From contig OX597814.1 of the NCBI GenBank assembly GCA_951406725.2, forward strand, positions 120,962,001 to 121,026,000: a stretch of DNA of 64,000 bases. The letters are read 5' to 3'. The notes beneath the pieces were generated by a model. The model ran no database searches, was not told the origin of the DNA, and worked only from the letters and a program-made list of their open reading frames with translations. The first letter of the stretch is position 1, and each line of letters begins with the position of its first letter. Source of the DNA: Octopus vulgaris. Its lineage: Eukaryota. Made by a program: the position numbers and the translations under genes. This document shows positions 40,757 to 52,840 of the stretch, piece after piece.

Positions 40757-41213
40757 GACTATCTGGATGAAATCCACTCAATCACACGCCAGATTTTACC
40801 ATAACGATAAATACGCGTGTGGTTCAATTGATTACATCCGACGTTATAATTCAAATGCCCCAACCAACAGCGCGCCAAACTTTCACGGAAAACAAATACA
40901 GCATTTAGAAATAAATGCAGCATAATTATAATTAATTAATAAGGGTGAGAGAATTAGATACTAATTTAATAGTATATTTATTCAACACCAAGTGGCCTAG
41001 TGCTTCGAGAAACCTGGATTATTATAATATTTTATAACATATTATAATATTTTTACAAAATAAATATAAGAGAGTGGTCACTATATTGCTCACTCTAGCA
41101 CCAGTTAATCCAAAAGGTTTCAACCACGAAAATACATGCTTACCATGAAAGTCAGTACGATTGTTAGCTCACACGGACAGGGCAAATAAAAAATAACAAA
41201 AATACAGATTATT

Positions 41214-41292
41214 TTGGGACAATTGTTTCGCTATTAATGGATTAAATGTAATTTTACTTACAAAAAAAATCCATTTGTAGCTCGTCAGCCAA
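41214..41292 (-). ncRNA. Type I hammerhead ribozyme, array unit 5
   Basis: Same motif as unit 1. Confidence 0.88.
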
Positions 41293-41749
41293 GACTATCT
41301 GGATGAAATCCACTCAATCACACGCCAGATTTTACCATAACGATAAATACGCGTGTGGTTCAATTGATTACATCCGACGTTATAATTCAAATGCCCCAAC
41401 CAACAGCGCGCCAAACTTTCACGGAAAACAAATACAGCATTTAGAAATAAATGCAGCATAATTATAATTAATTAATAAGGGTGAGAGAATTAGATACTAA
41501 TTTAATAGTATATTTATTCAACACCAAGTGGCCTAGTGCTTCGAGAAACCTGGATTATTATAATATTTTATAACATATTATAATATTTTTACAAAATAAA
41601 TATAAGAGAGTGGTCACTATATTGCTCACTCTAGCACCAGTTAATCCAAAAGGTTTCAACCACGAAAATACATGCTTACCATGAAAGTCAGTACGATTGT
41701 TAGCTCACACGGACAGGGCAAATAAAAAATAACAAAAATACAGATTATT

Positions 41750-41829
41750 TTGGGACAATTGTTTCGCTATTAATGGATTAAATGTAATTTTACTTACAAA
41801 AAAAAATCCATTTGTAGCTCGTCAGCCAA
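41750..41829 (-). ncRNA. Type I hammerhead ribozyme, array unit 6
   Basis: Same motif as unit 1. Confidence 0.88.
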
Positions 41830-42286
41830 GACTATCTGGATGAAATCCACTCAATCACACGCCAGATTTTACCATAACGATAAATACGCGTGTGGTTCAA
41901 TTGATTACATCCGACGTTATAATTCAAATGCCCCAACCAACAGCGCGCCAAACTTTCACGGAAAACAAATACAGCATTTAGAAATAAATGCAGCATAATT
42001 ATAATTAATTAATAAGGGTGAGAGAATTAGATACTAATTTAATAGTATATTTATTCAACACCAAGTGGCCTAGTGCTTCGAGAAACCTGGATTATTATAA
42101 TATTTTATAACATATTATAATATTTTTACAAAATAAATATAAGAGAGTGGTCACTATATTGCTCACTCTAGCACCAGTTAATCCAAAAGGTTTCAACCAC
42201 GAAAATACATGCTTACCATGAAAGTCAGTACGATTGTTAGCTCACACGGACAGGGCAAATAAAAAATAACAAAAATACAGATTATT

Positions 42287-42364
42287 TTGGGACAATTGTT
42301 TCGCTATTAATGGATTAAATGTAATTTTACTTACAAAAAAATCCATTTGTAGCTCGTCAGCCAA
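42287..42364 (-). ncRNA. Type I hammerhead ribozyme, array unit 7
   Basis: Same motif as unit 1. Confidence 0.88.
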
Positions 42365-42786
42365 GACTATCTGGATGAAATCCACTCAATCACACGCCAG
42401 ATTTTACCATAACGATAAATACGCGTGTGGTTCAATTGATTACATCCGACGTTATAATTCAAATGCCCCAACCAACAGCGCGCCAAACTTTCACGGAAAA
42501 CAAATACAGCATTTAGAAATAAATGCAGCATAATTATAATTAATTAATAAGGGTGAGAGAATTAGATACTAATTTAATAGTATATTTATTCAACACCAAG
42601 TGGCCTAGTGCTTCGAGAAACCTGGATTATTATAATATTTTATAACATATTATAATATTTTTACAAAATAAATATAAGAGAGTGGTCACTATATTGCTCA
42701 CTCTAGCACCAGTTAATCCAAAAGGTTTCAACCACGAAAATACATGCTTACCATGAAAGTCAGTACGATTGTTAGCTCACGATTGT

Positions 42787-43065
<279 letters not shown>

Positions 43066-43372
43066 ATGTACATGTGTGTGTGTTATGTTATGTTCTTAAG
43101 GTTACTAGGAATCCGTTCTTTCAAATGATAGCACTATACTCAGACTCGATGACTCCCCTCAAGCTTGCCAGAGAATAATCTTCACCACAGAGATCAACAT
43201 TTCGAGTAGAGATAAAGTGGTCATTGACATAGGGGTATCTTTTGACATGTAGCTTCTTTACAATTCCCTTCAAATGAATTTTACTCATACGTTTTGTCTA
43301 CACTTTTCTACACCTTTCTTTAGTAGACTACAGTGTTCCCGAAACAATTAAACATTAAACTAACAATTTATA

Positions 43373-43534
43373 GGCACAGGAGTGGCTGTGTGGTAAATAG
43401 CTTCCTTACAAACCACATAGCTCCAGGTTCAGTCCCACTGCCTGGCACTTGAGCAAGTGTCTTCTACTATAGCCTCGGGCTGACTAAAGTCTTATGAGTA
43501 GATTTGGTAGACGGAAACTCAAAGAATCCCGTCG

Positions 43535-43583
<49 letters not shown>

Positions 43584-43790
43584 TTGTGTGTCTGTGTTTC
43601 TCCCCCTAGCATTGCTTGACGACCGATGATAATGTGTTTATGTCCCTTTCAATTCGGCAAAAGGGACCGATAGAATAAATACTGGGCTTACAAAGAATAA
43701 GACCCGGGGTCGATTTGCTCGGCTAAAGACGCTGCTCCAGCATGGCCGCTGTCAAATCACTGAAACAAGTAAAAGAGTAAAAGAATAAAA
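43373..43790 (+). mobile_element. SINE family B, full length
   Basis: ggcacaggagtggctgtgtggtaa...ggttcagtcccactg...caagtgtcttctactatagcctcgggc...ctgaaacaagtaaaagagtaaaaga. Confidence 0.85.
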
Positions 43791-43889
43791 GCTATTTAAC
43801 CACGCCGAAATACCCGTGCCCATATAGAGACATGTATGCACCCGTGCACAGTAATAATTGTAATCATTATTTGGTATCTGTCCAAATAA

Positions 43890-44025
43890 TGAATTGGTTC
43901 TTATTTTATCGATCCTGAAATAATGAAAGACGAAGTCGATTTTGGCGAAATTTGAACTCAGTGTGTAACGGTAGAAGAAATGCAGCTAATCATTTTGTTT
44001 AACGTGTCAACGATTGTGCTAGCTG
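43890..44025 (-). mobile_element. SINE family A copy (degenerate)
   Basis: ttttatcgatcctgaaa...gtcgattttggcgaaatttgaactcag...aacgattgtgctagct. Confidence 0.6.
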
Positions 44026-44830
44026 ACAGCTCTATTTGTTCACGAAAATTGAGAGGAATCTACATCTTTTAAATTATTTTTTGTATCAAGGCATATACTA
44101 ATCTATGACTAAAAGGAAAATGACACTATAATTTGAAGTGTTACACTAGAATTGTGGGGATATATTAACATTAGGACATGTCATATGTGTAAGTGGAATA
44201 GGGATCTGAACAGGGGATTGTGCCAGCTGACAGCTCTATTTGTTCACGAAAATTGAGAGGAATCTACATCTTCTAAATTATCTTTTGTATCAAGGCATAT
44301 ACTAATCTATGACTAAAAGGAAAATGACACTATAATTTGAAGTGTTACAACTACAATTGCGGGGATATATTAACATTAGGACATGTCATATGTGTAAGTG
44401 GAATAGGGATCTGAACAGGGGATTGTGCCAGCTGACAGCTCTATTTGTTCACGAAAATTGAGAGGAATCTACATCTTTTAAATTATCTTTTGTATCAAGG
44501 CATATACTAATCTATGACTAAAAGGAAAATGACACTATAATTTGAATTGTTACACTAGAATTGTTGGGATATATTAACATTAGGACATGTCATATGTGTA
44601 AGTGGAATAGGGATCTGAACAGGGGATTGTGCCAGCTGACAGCTCTATTTGTTCACGAAAATTGAGAGGAACCTACATCTTTTAAATTATCTTTTGTATC
44701 AAGGCATATACTAATCTATGACAGAAAGGAAAATGACACTATAGTTTGAAATGTTACAACTACAATTGTGGGGATATATTAACATTAGGACATGTCATAT
44801 GTGTAAGTGGAATAGCGATCTGAACAGGGG
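44021..44830. repeat. Tandem repeat, 204/205-bp unit x4 (ABAB organisation)
   Basis: agctgacagctctatttg at 44021, 44225, 44430 and 44634. Confidence 0.95.
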
Positions 44831-45411
44831 AATGCATTGACCTGTCATGTACGTGTGGTACTGCTTTTTCTCCAAAGAAGATGCATCCATAAGTTGTCAC
44901 GGTGTGCTAGCTCTGAAGAATGCACAATATATGTATGCGTAGCAGATGGGTAGTGTATTTTGTTCAAGTACCTGCAACGGCGTTTTAAAGAGCGTGTTTG
45001 CCGTAAGCTGAATGACTGTGCTATTGATTGAAAGTGTTATCATTGTTGCCAGCTGGGAGGATGGAGACAGAGATTCTTGTTTACAATACAAGCGAGAGAT
45101 ATGTAGTTTGCTGCGAGGAACAATGCTGTGGATAGCGATATGCATGTAGGGTATATAAACAAAAATTAGCAAACACCAGAATATTCCTTTCTTAGTGGTA
45201 AGACCATTGCGGATCTACTTCTAGCATAATGGATGTCCACGTAGTGGTCATCCCTCATATATGTATGCCATATAATTTTTCTTAATATTCAGATTTTAAT
45301 ATGCTAGACCACTGGTTTTAAATTGATATTAATCAAATAATTATTCAATAATTCACCTTTATTACTTTAAATTTATATATGTATGCATGTATATATATAT
45401 ATATATATATA

Positions 45412-45625
45412 TAGTTAATCCAAACAAGAAAGCACAAAAAAACACAACAACGCGAGGACGTGGAACAAATATAGTACTATTGGACGCTCAGGAAAGAAGG
45501 AAAGAAGGAGGGTTTAACGTTTCGAGCGGAGCTCTTCGTCGCAAACATAGGAGAAGGAAAGATCCAGAAAAGGGAAGACAAAGGAAAAAATCGCCAGCGG
45601 TACACACGCGGTCACATTTTGAAAT
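45412..45625 (-). mobile_element. Short (TA)n-inserted element, same family as 25300-25595, with variant hammerhead-like motif
   Basis: Minus strand 45546-45512: guuu GCGACGAA gagc ucc gcuc GAAA cg UU aaac. Confidence 0.55.
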
Positions 45626-45657
45626 CATGTATATATACATACATAAATACATAATCC

Positions 45658-45735
<78 letters not shown>

Positions 45736-45830
45736 GAATTTATAAATAAGGCTAATATCGATATTTAAATATCCACCTTATCAAGTGGCCAGCATGGGAA
45801 TAAATACCATACAAAGGTAATAATTATTTA

Positions 45831-45982
45831 AAACTATAAATTTGGGTATCTGAGAGATACAACCATGCTGAAATAGCAGTCAAAATCATGACCCTACAGT
45901 CATCTTAAGGTGGCTTTAGGGTCAGGGTTTTGAGTGCTATTTCTGCATGGTGGTATCTCTCAGATACCCTAATTTATAGTTT
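45831..45982. repeat. ~150-bp fold-back palindrome
   Basis: 45831-45895 is the reverse complement of 45918-45982 with few mismatches. Confidence 0.9.
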
Positions 45983-46201
45983 TATTTATATATATATATA
46001 TTCCTGAGCGTCCAATAACACTATACTTGTTCCACGTCCTCGCGTTGTTGTGTTTTCATGTTTGGATTAACTATATATATATATATATATATATATTTCA
46101 TGACCGACCAAACCATCAGATGTAGTCACACATCGCTGGTCACAATGCGTTCGCATTGTTTTAGCCTTCGAATGACGCCACCCCGCTGGCTAAGTGAGCA
46201 G

Positions 46202-46246
<45 letters not shown>

Positions 46247-46254
<8 letters not shown>

Positions 46255-46726
46255 TCACAATAAGGGTGAAAAAATTGAATATTAATTAATAACATCAATG
46301 TAAAAAACCAAGTGGCCTAGCGTAAAAAAACTGAGATACAGTAAAAATTATTAATACAAGTAATAAGCGAGAGACCACAAGTGGTCACTCTAATGCTAGA
46401 AATAGATCCGCAAAAGGAATCCACCACTAAAGAATTGTTCTCAAGTATCAATTCAACACGCCAAGAATGTAAGCGGGCAGGACAAATGAAAAATAACGAA
46501 AAAATAGATTAACTCTATACAATTGTTTCATCGTTAATAGATTGCGTAATTTTACTTACATAATCATTTTCGAATCCTCAGTAGAGTATATCAAAAATAT
46601 AATTTGTTGAATCGATCGCCAAAATCCATACGAAGCCGAGCAAAGGCGAACGGTACAGCTTGAGAACAATTCTTTAGTGGTGGATTCCCTTTGCGGATCT
46701 ATTTCTAGCGTTAGAGTGACCACACT

Positions 46727-46728
<2 letters not shown>
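46247..46728 (-). mobile_element. Diverged relative of the 536-bp array unit, with hammerhead and terminal inverted duplication
   Basis: Shares aataagggtga, accaagtggcctag, gtggtcact, aaaaataac.aaaa, caattgtttc and gtaattttacttaca in the same order; 46378-46445 is inverted at 46659-46728. Confidence 0.8.
46512..46587 (-). ncRNA. Type I hammerhead ribozyme (predicted)
   Basis: acucua CUGAGGA uucg...cgau GAAA caauug UA uagagu; perfect 6-bp stem I. Confidence 0.82.
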
Positions 46729-46795
<67 letters not shown>

Positions 46796-46797
<2 letters not shown>

Positions 46798-46861
46798 ACT
46801 TAGATAAACTTAGATATGTTTCGACCAAAGATTGGTCCAGGCCATGTCTAACTTAATAGCA
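46796..46861 (-). mobile_element. 65-bp 3' tail of the CR1-like LINE, in (TA)n
   Basis: Nearly identical to 61961-62026. Confidence 0.8.
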
Positions 46862-47377
46862 TATATATATATATTATATCGTGTGAATTTGATTTAGTAT
46901 TTCTAAATTGAATTTCTTTCCCTGTAAGTTTGGATTTTTGTGTACTATAAAGATGCAAAACCTATTGTGAAGCATGGTCTGCTTTAAATTAGTAATAGAA
47001 TATAGGATGAGTCTTGACAAAACAAGGAACAACAAGACGTCCCAAAACCAATTCAGCACGTACAATTGTACAAGGCGATAGGAGCAGAGAGGAATCATAC
47101 GTTTCGGAGGGCGGGTCCTGGTAATTTAAACACAAGAATTCTAAAACAAAAAAAAAAAAAAAGGACAATATGTGCACAAAATGAGCGGAGTCGATGTGCT
47201 TAGAATGATAATATATTGCAGGCTCCTTCGGAGAGCGGATGGTTATGCTAAATTATCCAGGTTAACATGTATTTTTGAGATTAGATGTAGGAAGTGTGCG
47301 CAAAATACTTGTGTGTGTTTAAGAAAACCATTGTATATATAAATATGTATAGAGAATAGCGCGTGTAAGAAAATGTA

Positions 47378-48414
47378 CAGGGATTGGACAAAATAATGGA
47401 AACACCTTAAAATTTCAAATTTATTTTAATATGGGGTAGGCCGCCTTTGGCAGTAATTACAGATTGAATCCTACGAGGTATGAATTAGTATGAAGCTTGA
47501 ATTGTTTCCATAGGAAGTTTCGTTCATTTTTCAGCCAAAACAGCCTCAAGTTCTTTTATTGATGATGGTGGGGGATATCGATTCCTTTGTTGTTTTTATA
47601 AAATGAATCAAAAACATTTAGATCTAGGGACTGTGGTGGCTAGATAAGATGTTCAACTTCACTAGAATGTACCTTGTGCCATTGCCATTCATTAACAACT
47701 TCAGCTGTATAAATTGGTGTCTCTACGCGTATAATCGGTCGGTGGTCGGAAATAAAGTAAAGGATGACACATCCGAGAAAATAATATTCTTCCACTGATC
47801 TAGGGACCAATTCTGTAGGTTTTTACTCCACTCTAAATGCTTTGCAACGTTTGCTTTTGAAAGTAGTAGTTTTCTGATTGCAGCCCTCCCATGAAATTTG
47901 ATTGCAGCTCCCGGTGAACAGTTTGTGTGGAAATTAGGTTCTTGAAGTGGTCAAGAAGCTCTGTAGTAATGTTGTTGAGTTGTACTTTTGTGATCCTTTC
48001 TAACAATTCGTGTAAGAGTCCGATGGTCCCTATTTGAAAGCTTTGGTTTTCTTCCGGAGTTTTGTTTCGACGAGGAGGCTTTTCCTTCTTTCTCAAAGGC
48101 TGTCATTACTTTCAAGACAGTACTTCTTGATATACCAAACATTTTGGCTGCTTTCGTTACGCTAGCGCCTGTCATATGAGCACCAACAATTTGACCTCTT
48201 TGAAAGTTCAATAGATCTGTCATTTTAATGAATTTTAATTACCTTTTCCTGATGATATCTGAAAAGAAACAGCAATTTTAGCAAAATATATTAAGCAACA
48301 CTAATAATACATTTTTTAAATGTTAAATATAAACACCCTTTTGATGGTTTTATAGATATTTCAAAATTATGATGCGATGATGCTTGGTGTTTCCAGTATT
48401 TTGTCCAACCCCTG
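47378..48414 (-). mobile_element. Tc1-like DNA transposon, decayed and internally deleted
   Basis: TIRs cagggattggacaaaataatggaaacacc / ggtgtttccagtattttgtccaacccctg; HTH N-terminus FQRGQIVG...GISRSTV...NSGRKPKLS.RD.R.L.R. Confidence 0.9.
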
Positions 48415-49703
48415 TGCATGTAAATATGGAGGGTGCGTTGTTTTACCTTATTTCGAGAATTGAAGAAATTTAATTACAAACATTAAAAAACAAAACTAAA
48501 AGCACTATGCAAATACATATTTGTAAAATTTCATTTCTTCATTGTCATATTAAAATCGCTGTCTTGAATGCAACAAATCATATTTATACTGTATTTTATT
48601 TAAATAACACCTATGACCAAATTTTCATTTAAAGTTTTATGTGGTACAGAAACTTATTAATTAAGATTTAAATGCAAAATAATAAAACAGATCTTCTTTA
48701 AATTATAGTATACACTTAAAAAAAAAACGTTCGATATACTTCATGATGTTCATGTCTAGAACGAAAATGAAAAAAAGTGATACAATATCGTATGGAGTGA
48801 CTTCTTGTACAGGACTGACAATAAAATATTCAAAATCGTTAACATGCAACCGTATTTGAACGACATAATCGCACCTCCAGGAAATTTTACGATATTGTTC
48901 ATTGCACGCCATAAAATAATCTAAGATTCGTTTGATAACTTTTATATTTGTTATTATTCTTGTAATTGTCAATAAGACTAATATTTACACGTTGGCAATG
49001 TAGTGTATTAAAGTGATTCCTGTTTACAGAAGATAATTTTGATAGCGATACGCAAATTTATAAAGGGAAAACGATGGCAGCTGTATTTTAAATGAAACTG
49101 TAGCGTATATGATATAGAGGGAAAGACATTTAATTCTAAACTCTACAATGTACATAACCTATTAAACCTTTGGAAAATGAATATTGAAAAATGAAATTAT
49201 TTTCTTTAGACAAGTTAAGCATAGTAGAAATATATTAATTTTTAGGTATGCATGATCGATCTACCACCTACTTTTAAGTGAAATCAACAAAAAAAAATAT
49301 CATTTATCTTCTCTAGGTTATTTTAGAGAATTAATTTCATATATCTAAGTATATACAGGAAAACATCGTGTAGATAAGAATCTTTATCATGATTTTCGTT
49401 GAATGAGAGATATACTTGAATGCATCGCCCTCTAAACAAGATTTGATTCATAATTCTTCTTACAGTCCTTAATTCTGATCCGCTTTACTGCATTTATTTC
49501 TGTAAGGGATCCAATCGAACGCGTTTCTCTATCAACCTATGCATATCCCTGTAAGAGGTTTTCTACGCTTATTGAGGTTGACGTCATCGACTTGTCCCCT
49601 TCCCTCAAAATTTCAGTCATTCTATCCATAATTGAAAAAATTTAAGCCGACGAACGGACATAACTGATATTACACTTAGCGACGTTAAGTTCTGAGTACA
49701 AAT

Positions 49704-50325
49704 TTCTTCCTCTTCTCCTTTTTCTCCTTCATCTGTTCCTTTTTCTCCTTCTTCTCCTTCTCCTTTTTTCTTCTGTTTCTCTTTCTCCCCCTTCTCCTCC
49801 TCCTCCTCAATCTTCTTCTTCTTCTTCTTCTTCTTCTTCTTCTTCTTCTTCTTCTTCTTCTTCTTCTTCTTCTTCTTCTTCTTCCTCCCCCTCCTTCTCC
49901 TTCTTCCTCTTCTCCTTTTACTTCCTCTTCTTCTTCTTGTTCTTGCTGTTGTTGTTGTTGTTATTGTTATTGTTGTACTTCTTCTTCTGATTCCCTTTCT
50001 CCTCCTTCTTCTTCTCTTCCTCCTCCTCCATCTTCCTCTTCTCCTTCTACTTCCACTTGTTCTTCTTGTTCTTCTTGTTCTTCTTGTTCTTCTTGTTGTT
50101 CTTCTTCTGCTTCCCTTTCTCCTCCTCCTCCTCCTCCTCCTCCTTCTTCTTCTTCTCTTTCTCCTTCCTCCTCCTTCTTCCCCTTCTCCTTCTCCTTCTA
50201 CTTCCTCTTTTTCTTCTTGTTCTTCTTGTTCTTCTTCTCTTCTTGTTCTTCTCTTTTTCCTCCTCCTCCTCCTTCTCCTTCTTCTTCTTCTTCTTCTTCT
50301 TCTTCTTTCTTCTTCTTCTTCTTTC
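49704..50325. repeat. Degenerate (CTT/CCT/GTT)n polypyrimidine tract
   Basis: Direct reading; source of the spurious Arg/Lys/Glu-rich ORFs. Confidence 0.95.
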
Positions 50326-52438
50326 CCTATCCGCCGAAGTGTTGATGATGCTGCACCAGTGAGACCTGAAACTAAAGAGGCAATAAAGGAATTCAAACTT
50401 TTTGACGTATGGAATACGAATGGGAATTTTTAAGTGTGGGAAACGAATCGGAGGAAAGCAAACCTCTGGTGACAAGGAAAAATATAAAATTAATCCACAG
50501 AAGTTTTCATATAACATTAGATTGAAGAATATAAATCTCTGCTGATAAATTCACATGAAGTTAATATAGAAACCAATTTGACCTTTTTCGCCAGTTTGCT
50601 TCTGTAATTATAAAAGTTGCGATTTTCTTTCATGTATCGACTTATGATGATAAATTCTAACTCAAAATTAGGTTCTAGTAATGGATGAAGTTTCTGTTAT
50701 TCTCCTTGTATCAGATGCTTATATTCTCTGCTAAATTGGCTAGAATATATATTGCATTCATTAGCAGGTATGTCATACATAGTGATTACAGATGAAAGAA
50801 TTATTCCGTAACTGAATAATTTCGTAAAGTTTAGTGGATTAATGCATTATACCGATTCATTAAACTTATTCATCGTAGAATCGATTCATAAAGACCTGAT
50901 TAATTAACTGATTGAACATTTTAAAGTGTGGCCTCGTGAAAGAAGGTCATTGAAGCCTCAGTGAGAATGTAATTAAGCATATTGCCGATTGATCTTTGGT
51001 GGAGCAGCGAAGGAATAATATGTCTCTATTAACATTTACAAAATGGGTTCGCTTAGGCATGTAATTTCATCAAAGTAATGTCAGAACTTATGCCTTCTAT
51101 ATAATAAATATATCTTGGTGGTATTATTAACCCATTGGGATATGAATGTATGAGAGACAACCCTTACATCAATGTTGTTATATAACATATATTGCTCAAA
51201 GTCTGAAATATTATAAGTGTCTCTTTTCGACTTAGTATAAAGGCATGGTATTCTACGTGAAGAGTGAAATTGGATAATGTAACGTTTATAGCTATTCCAC
51301 CGGATGTTAATGAAGTGTATTAACCTGAAATGTGGATAGAAACTATGTCGCGGTCTTGGCTTAAGAGGAACATAAGGCTTTTTTTCTACAGTTGTCTCAA
51401 CACAGCAGTTAATGGTATTGTCTGGATAGATATGCGAAATAATTTTCATAATCCGTTAATTTAATAACAGTAAACATGATGCAGCCAGCCGATATACGAT
51501 AAAAGTTCACAGAATGTATCATGTATGTCTCTTATGCACATATGAATACACATAGATGTGTAGCTTGACTGTAATCGCCGATATATAGCTTCGCTTTAAG
51601 TTTGTGCGTTTGAAAGTATGGCTACGTTGTGGCAGGTAATGTGCACTTGGGCGTGCATGTGTGCGTGCGCGTTCTCACAAGTGTATGAATGTGAGTGGAT
51701 AAGATTGAATCCCATGCTGAATAAATATTCATATAAGATATTGAGACACTCTATATAGGAACTGTATACTCTGTAATGTAATTTCAGTCATCGGGGAACA
51801 GAGGGGATTTAATACATACAGCAATATACACATTTTATTTAATTCTACAACTAACGCTTTGTTTACAAGGCTTCGTAATCACGCCCCAGCCTTGATCCCA
51901 ATACATAGCATCTTAGAAACGAAGATCTTCCTGTGGCCTCTTGTAGACCCATCACTTTTGAGTGAAATTAAGTAGCCAGAAACTGCAGTATCTCATCGGG
52001 CCAACTGGGACACATTTTGTCACACTGACACCGCCTAATAAATTATGTTAAGAATACACGTAGCAGTCGAGTGTTCAGCCATTTCAAATTCAATGAGCAA
52101 GAAAGTTCTTTAGACCGAAAAACTGATTATCATCGTTGAAGCCGAAGACAAACTTTTTTATTTTTTATTTTGTAGCGGTTCACGCGAGCTAAAGAATAAC
52201 ATTGAAAGTGATTTATCTCATGTAGAAGCGGTCAAATTTCTCTTAAATCATATATCATAGTCTCAAAGGAGTTGCAGTACGGTAAACAATGCAATCTATA
52301 CCGACTGAATAAAATTTCGACGGGATAGCAACCGCTGGCAAGCAGTCGTTTAACGAACAACTCAGATCAGATACAGATTATCCGTAACAAATTATAACTG
52401 AACTAACAACATGGCATGCCGGGGAATCTGCTTTTGGT

Positions 52439-52470
<32 letters not shown>

Positions 52471-52472
<2 letters not shown>

Positions 52473-52840
52473 TCTTTTACTTGTTTCAGTCATTTGACTG
52501 TGGCCATGCTGGAGCACCGCCTTGATCGATGAAATCGACCCCAGGACTTATTCTTTGTAAACCTAGTACTTATTCTATCGGTTACCTTTTGCCGATCCGC
52601 TAAGGTACGGGGACGTAACACACCAGCATGAGTTGTCAAGCGATGTTGCGGGGGGGGGGCAAACACAGACACACAAACACACACACATATATATACATAT
52701 ATACGACAGGCTTCTTTCAGTTTCTGTCTACCAAATCCACTCACAAGAAGACACTTGCCCGAGGTGCCTCTCAGTGGGACTGCACCCGGAACCATGTGGT
52801 TGGTAAACAAGCTACTTAGCACACAGCCACTGTTGCGCCT
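52471..52840 (-). mobile_element. SINE family B copy
   Basis: Reverse complement of the 43373 copy with small deletions. Confidence 0.85.

Larger units (their letters stand above)
38783..42781 (-). repeat. Tandem array of a ~536-bp hammerhead-bearing unit (non-LTR retrozyme-like), ~7.5 copies
   Basis: The ggg of the marker taagggtg recurs at 38798, 39336, 39871, 40408, 40943, 41479, 42016 and 42551 (period 535-538); copies near identical; no ORF >=60 aa within the units; flanked by (TA)n. Confidence 0.95.

Noticed and set aside
38783-42781. CRISPR-like array or tandem gene/5S/snRNA cluster
   Set aside because: Units are identical throughout with no spacers, have no ORF and no recognisable rRNA/snRNA/tRNA; an A-box-like tggcctagtg lacks a convincing B box
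44021-44060. ctgacag...gaaa in the 204-bp repeat
   Set aside because: Not CUGANGA and no closing stems
49617-50517. 259-aa Arg/Lys/Glu-rich ORF and overlapping ORFs
   Set aside because: Translation of a trinucleotide low-complexity tract
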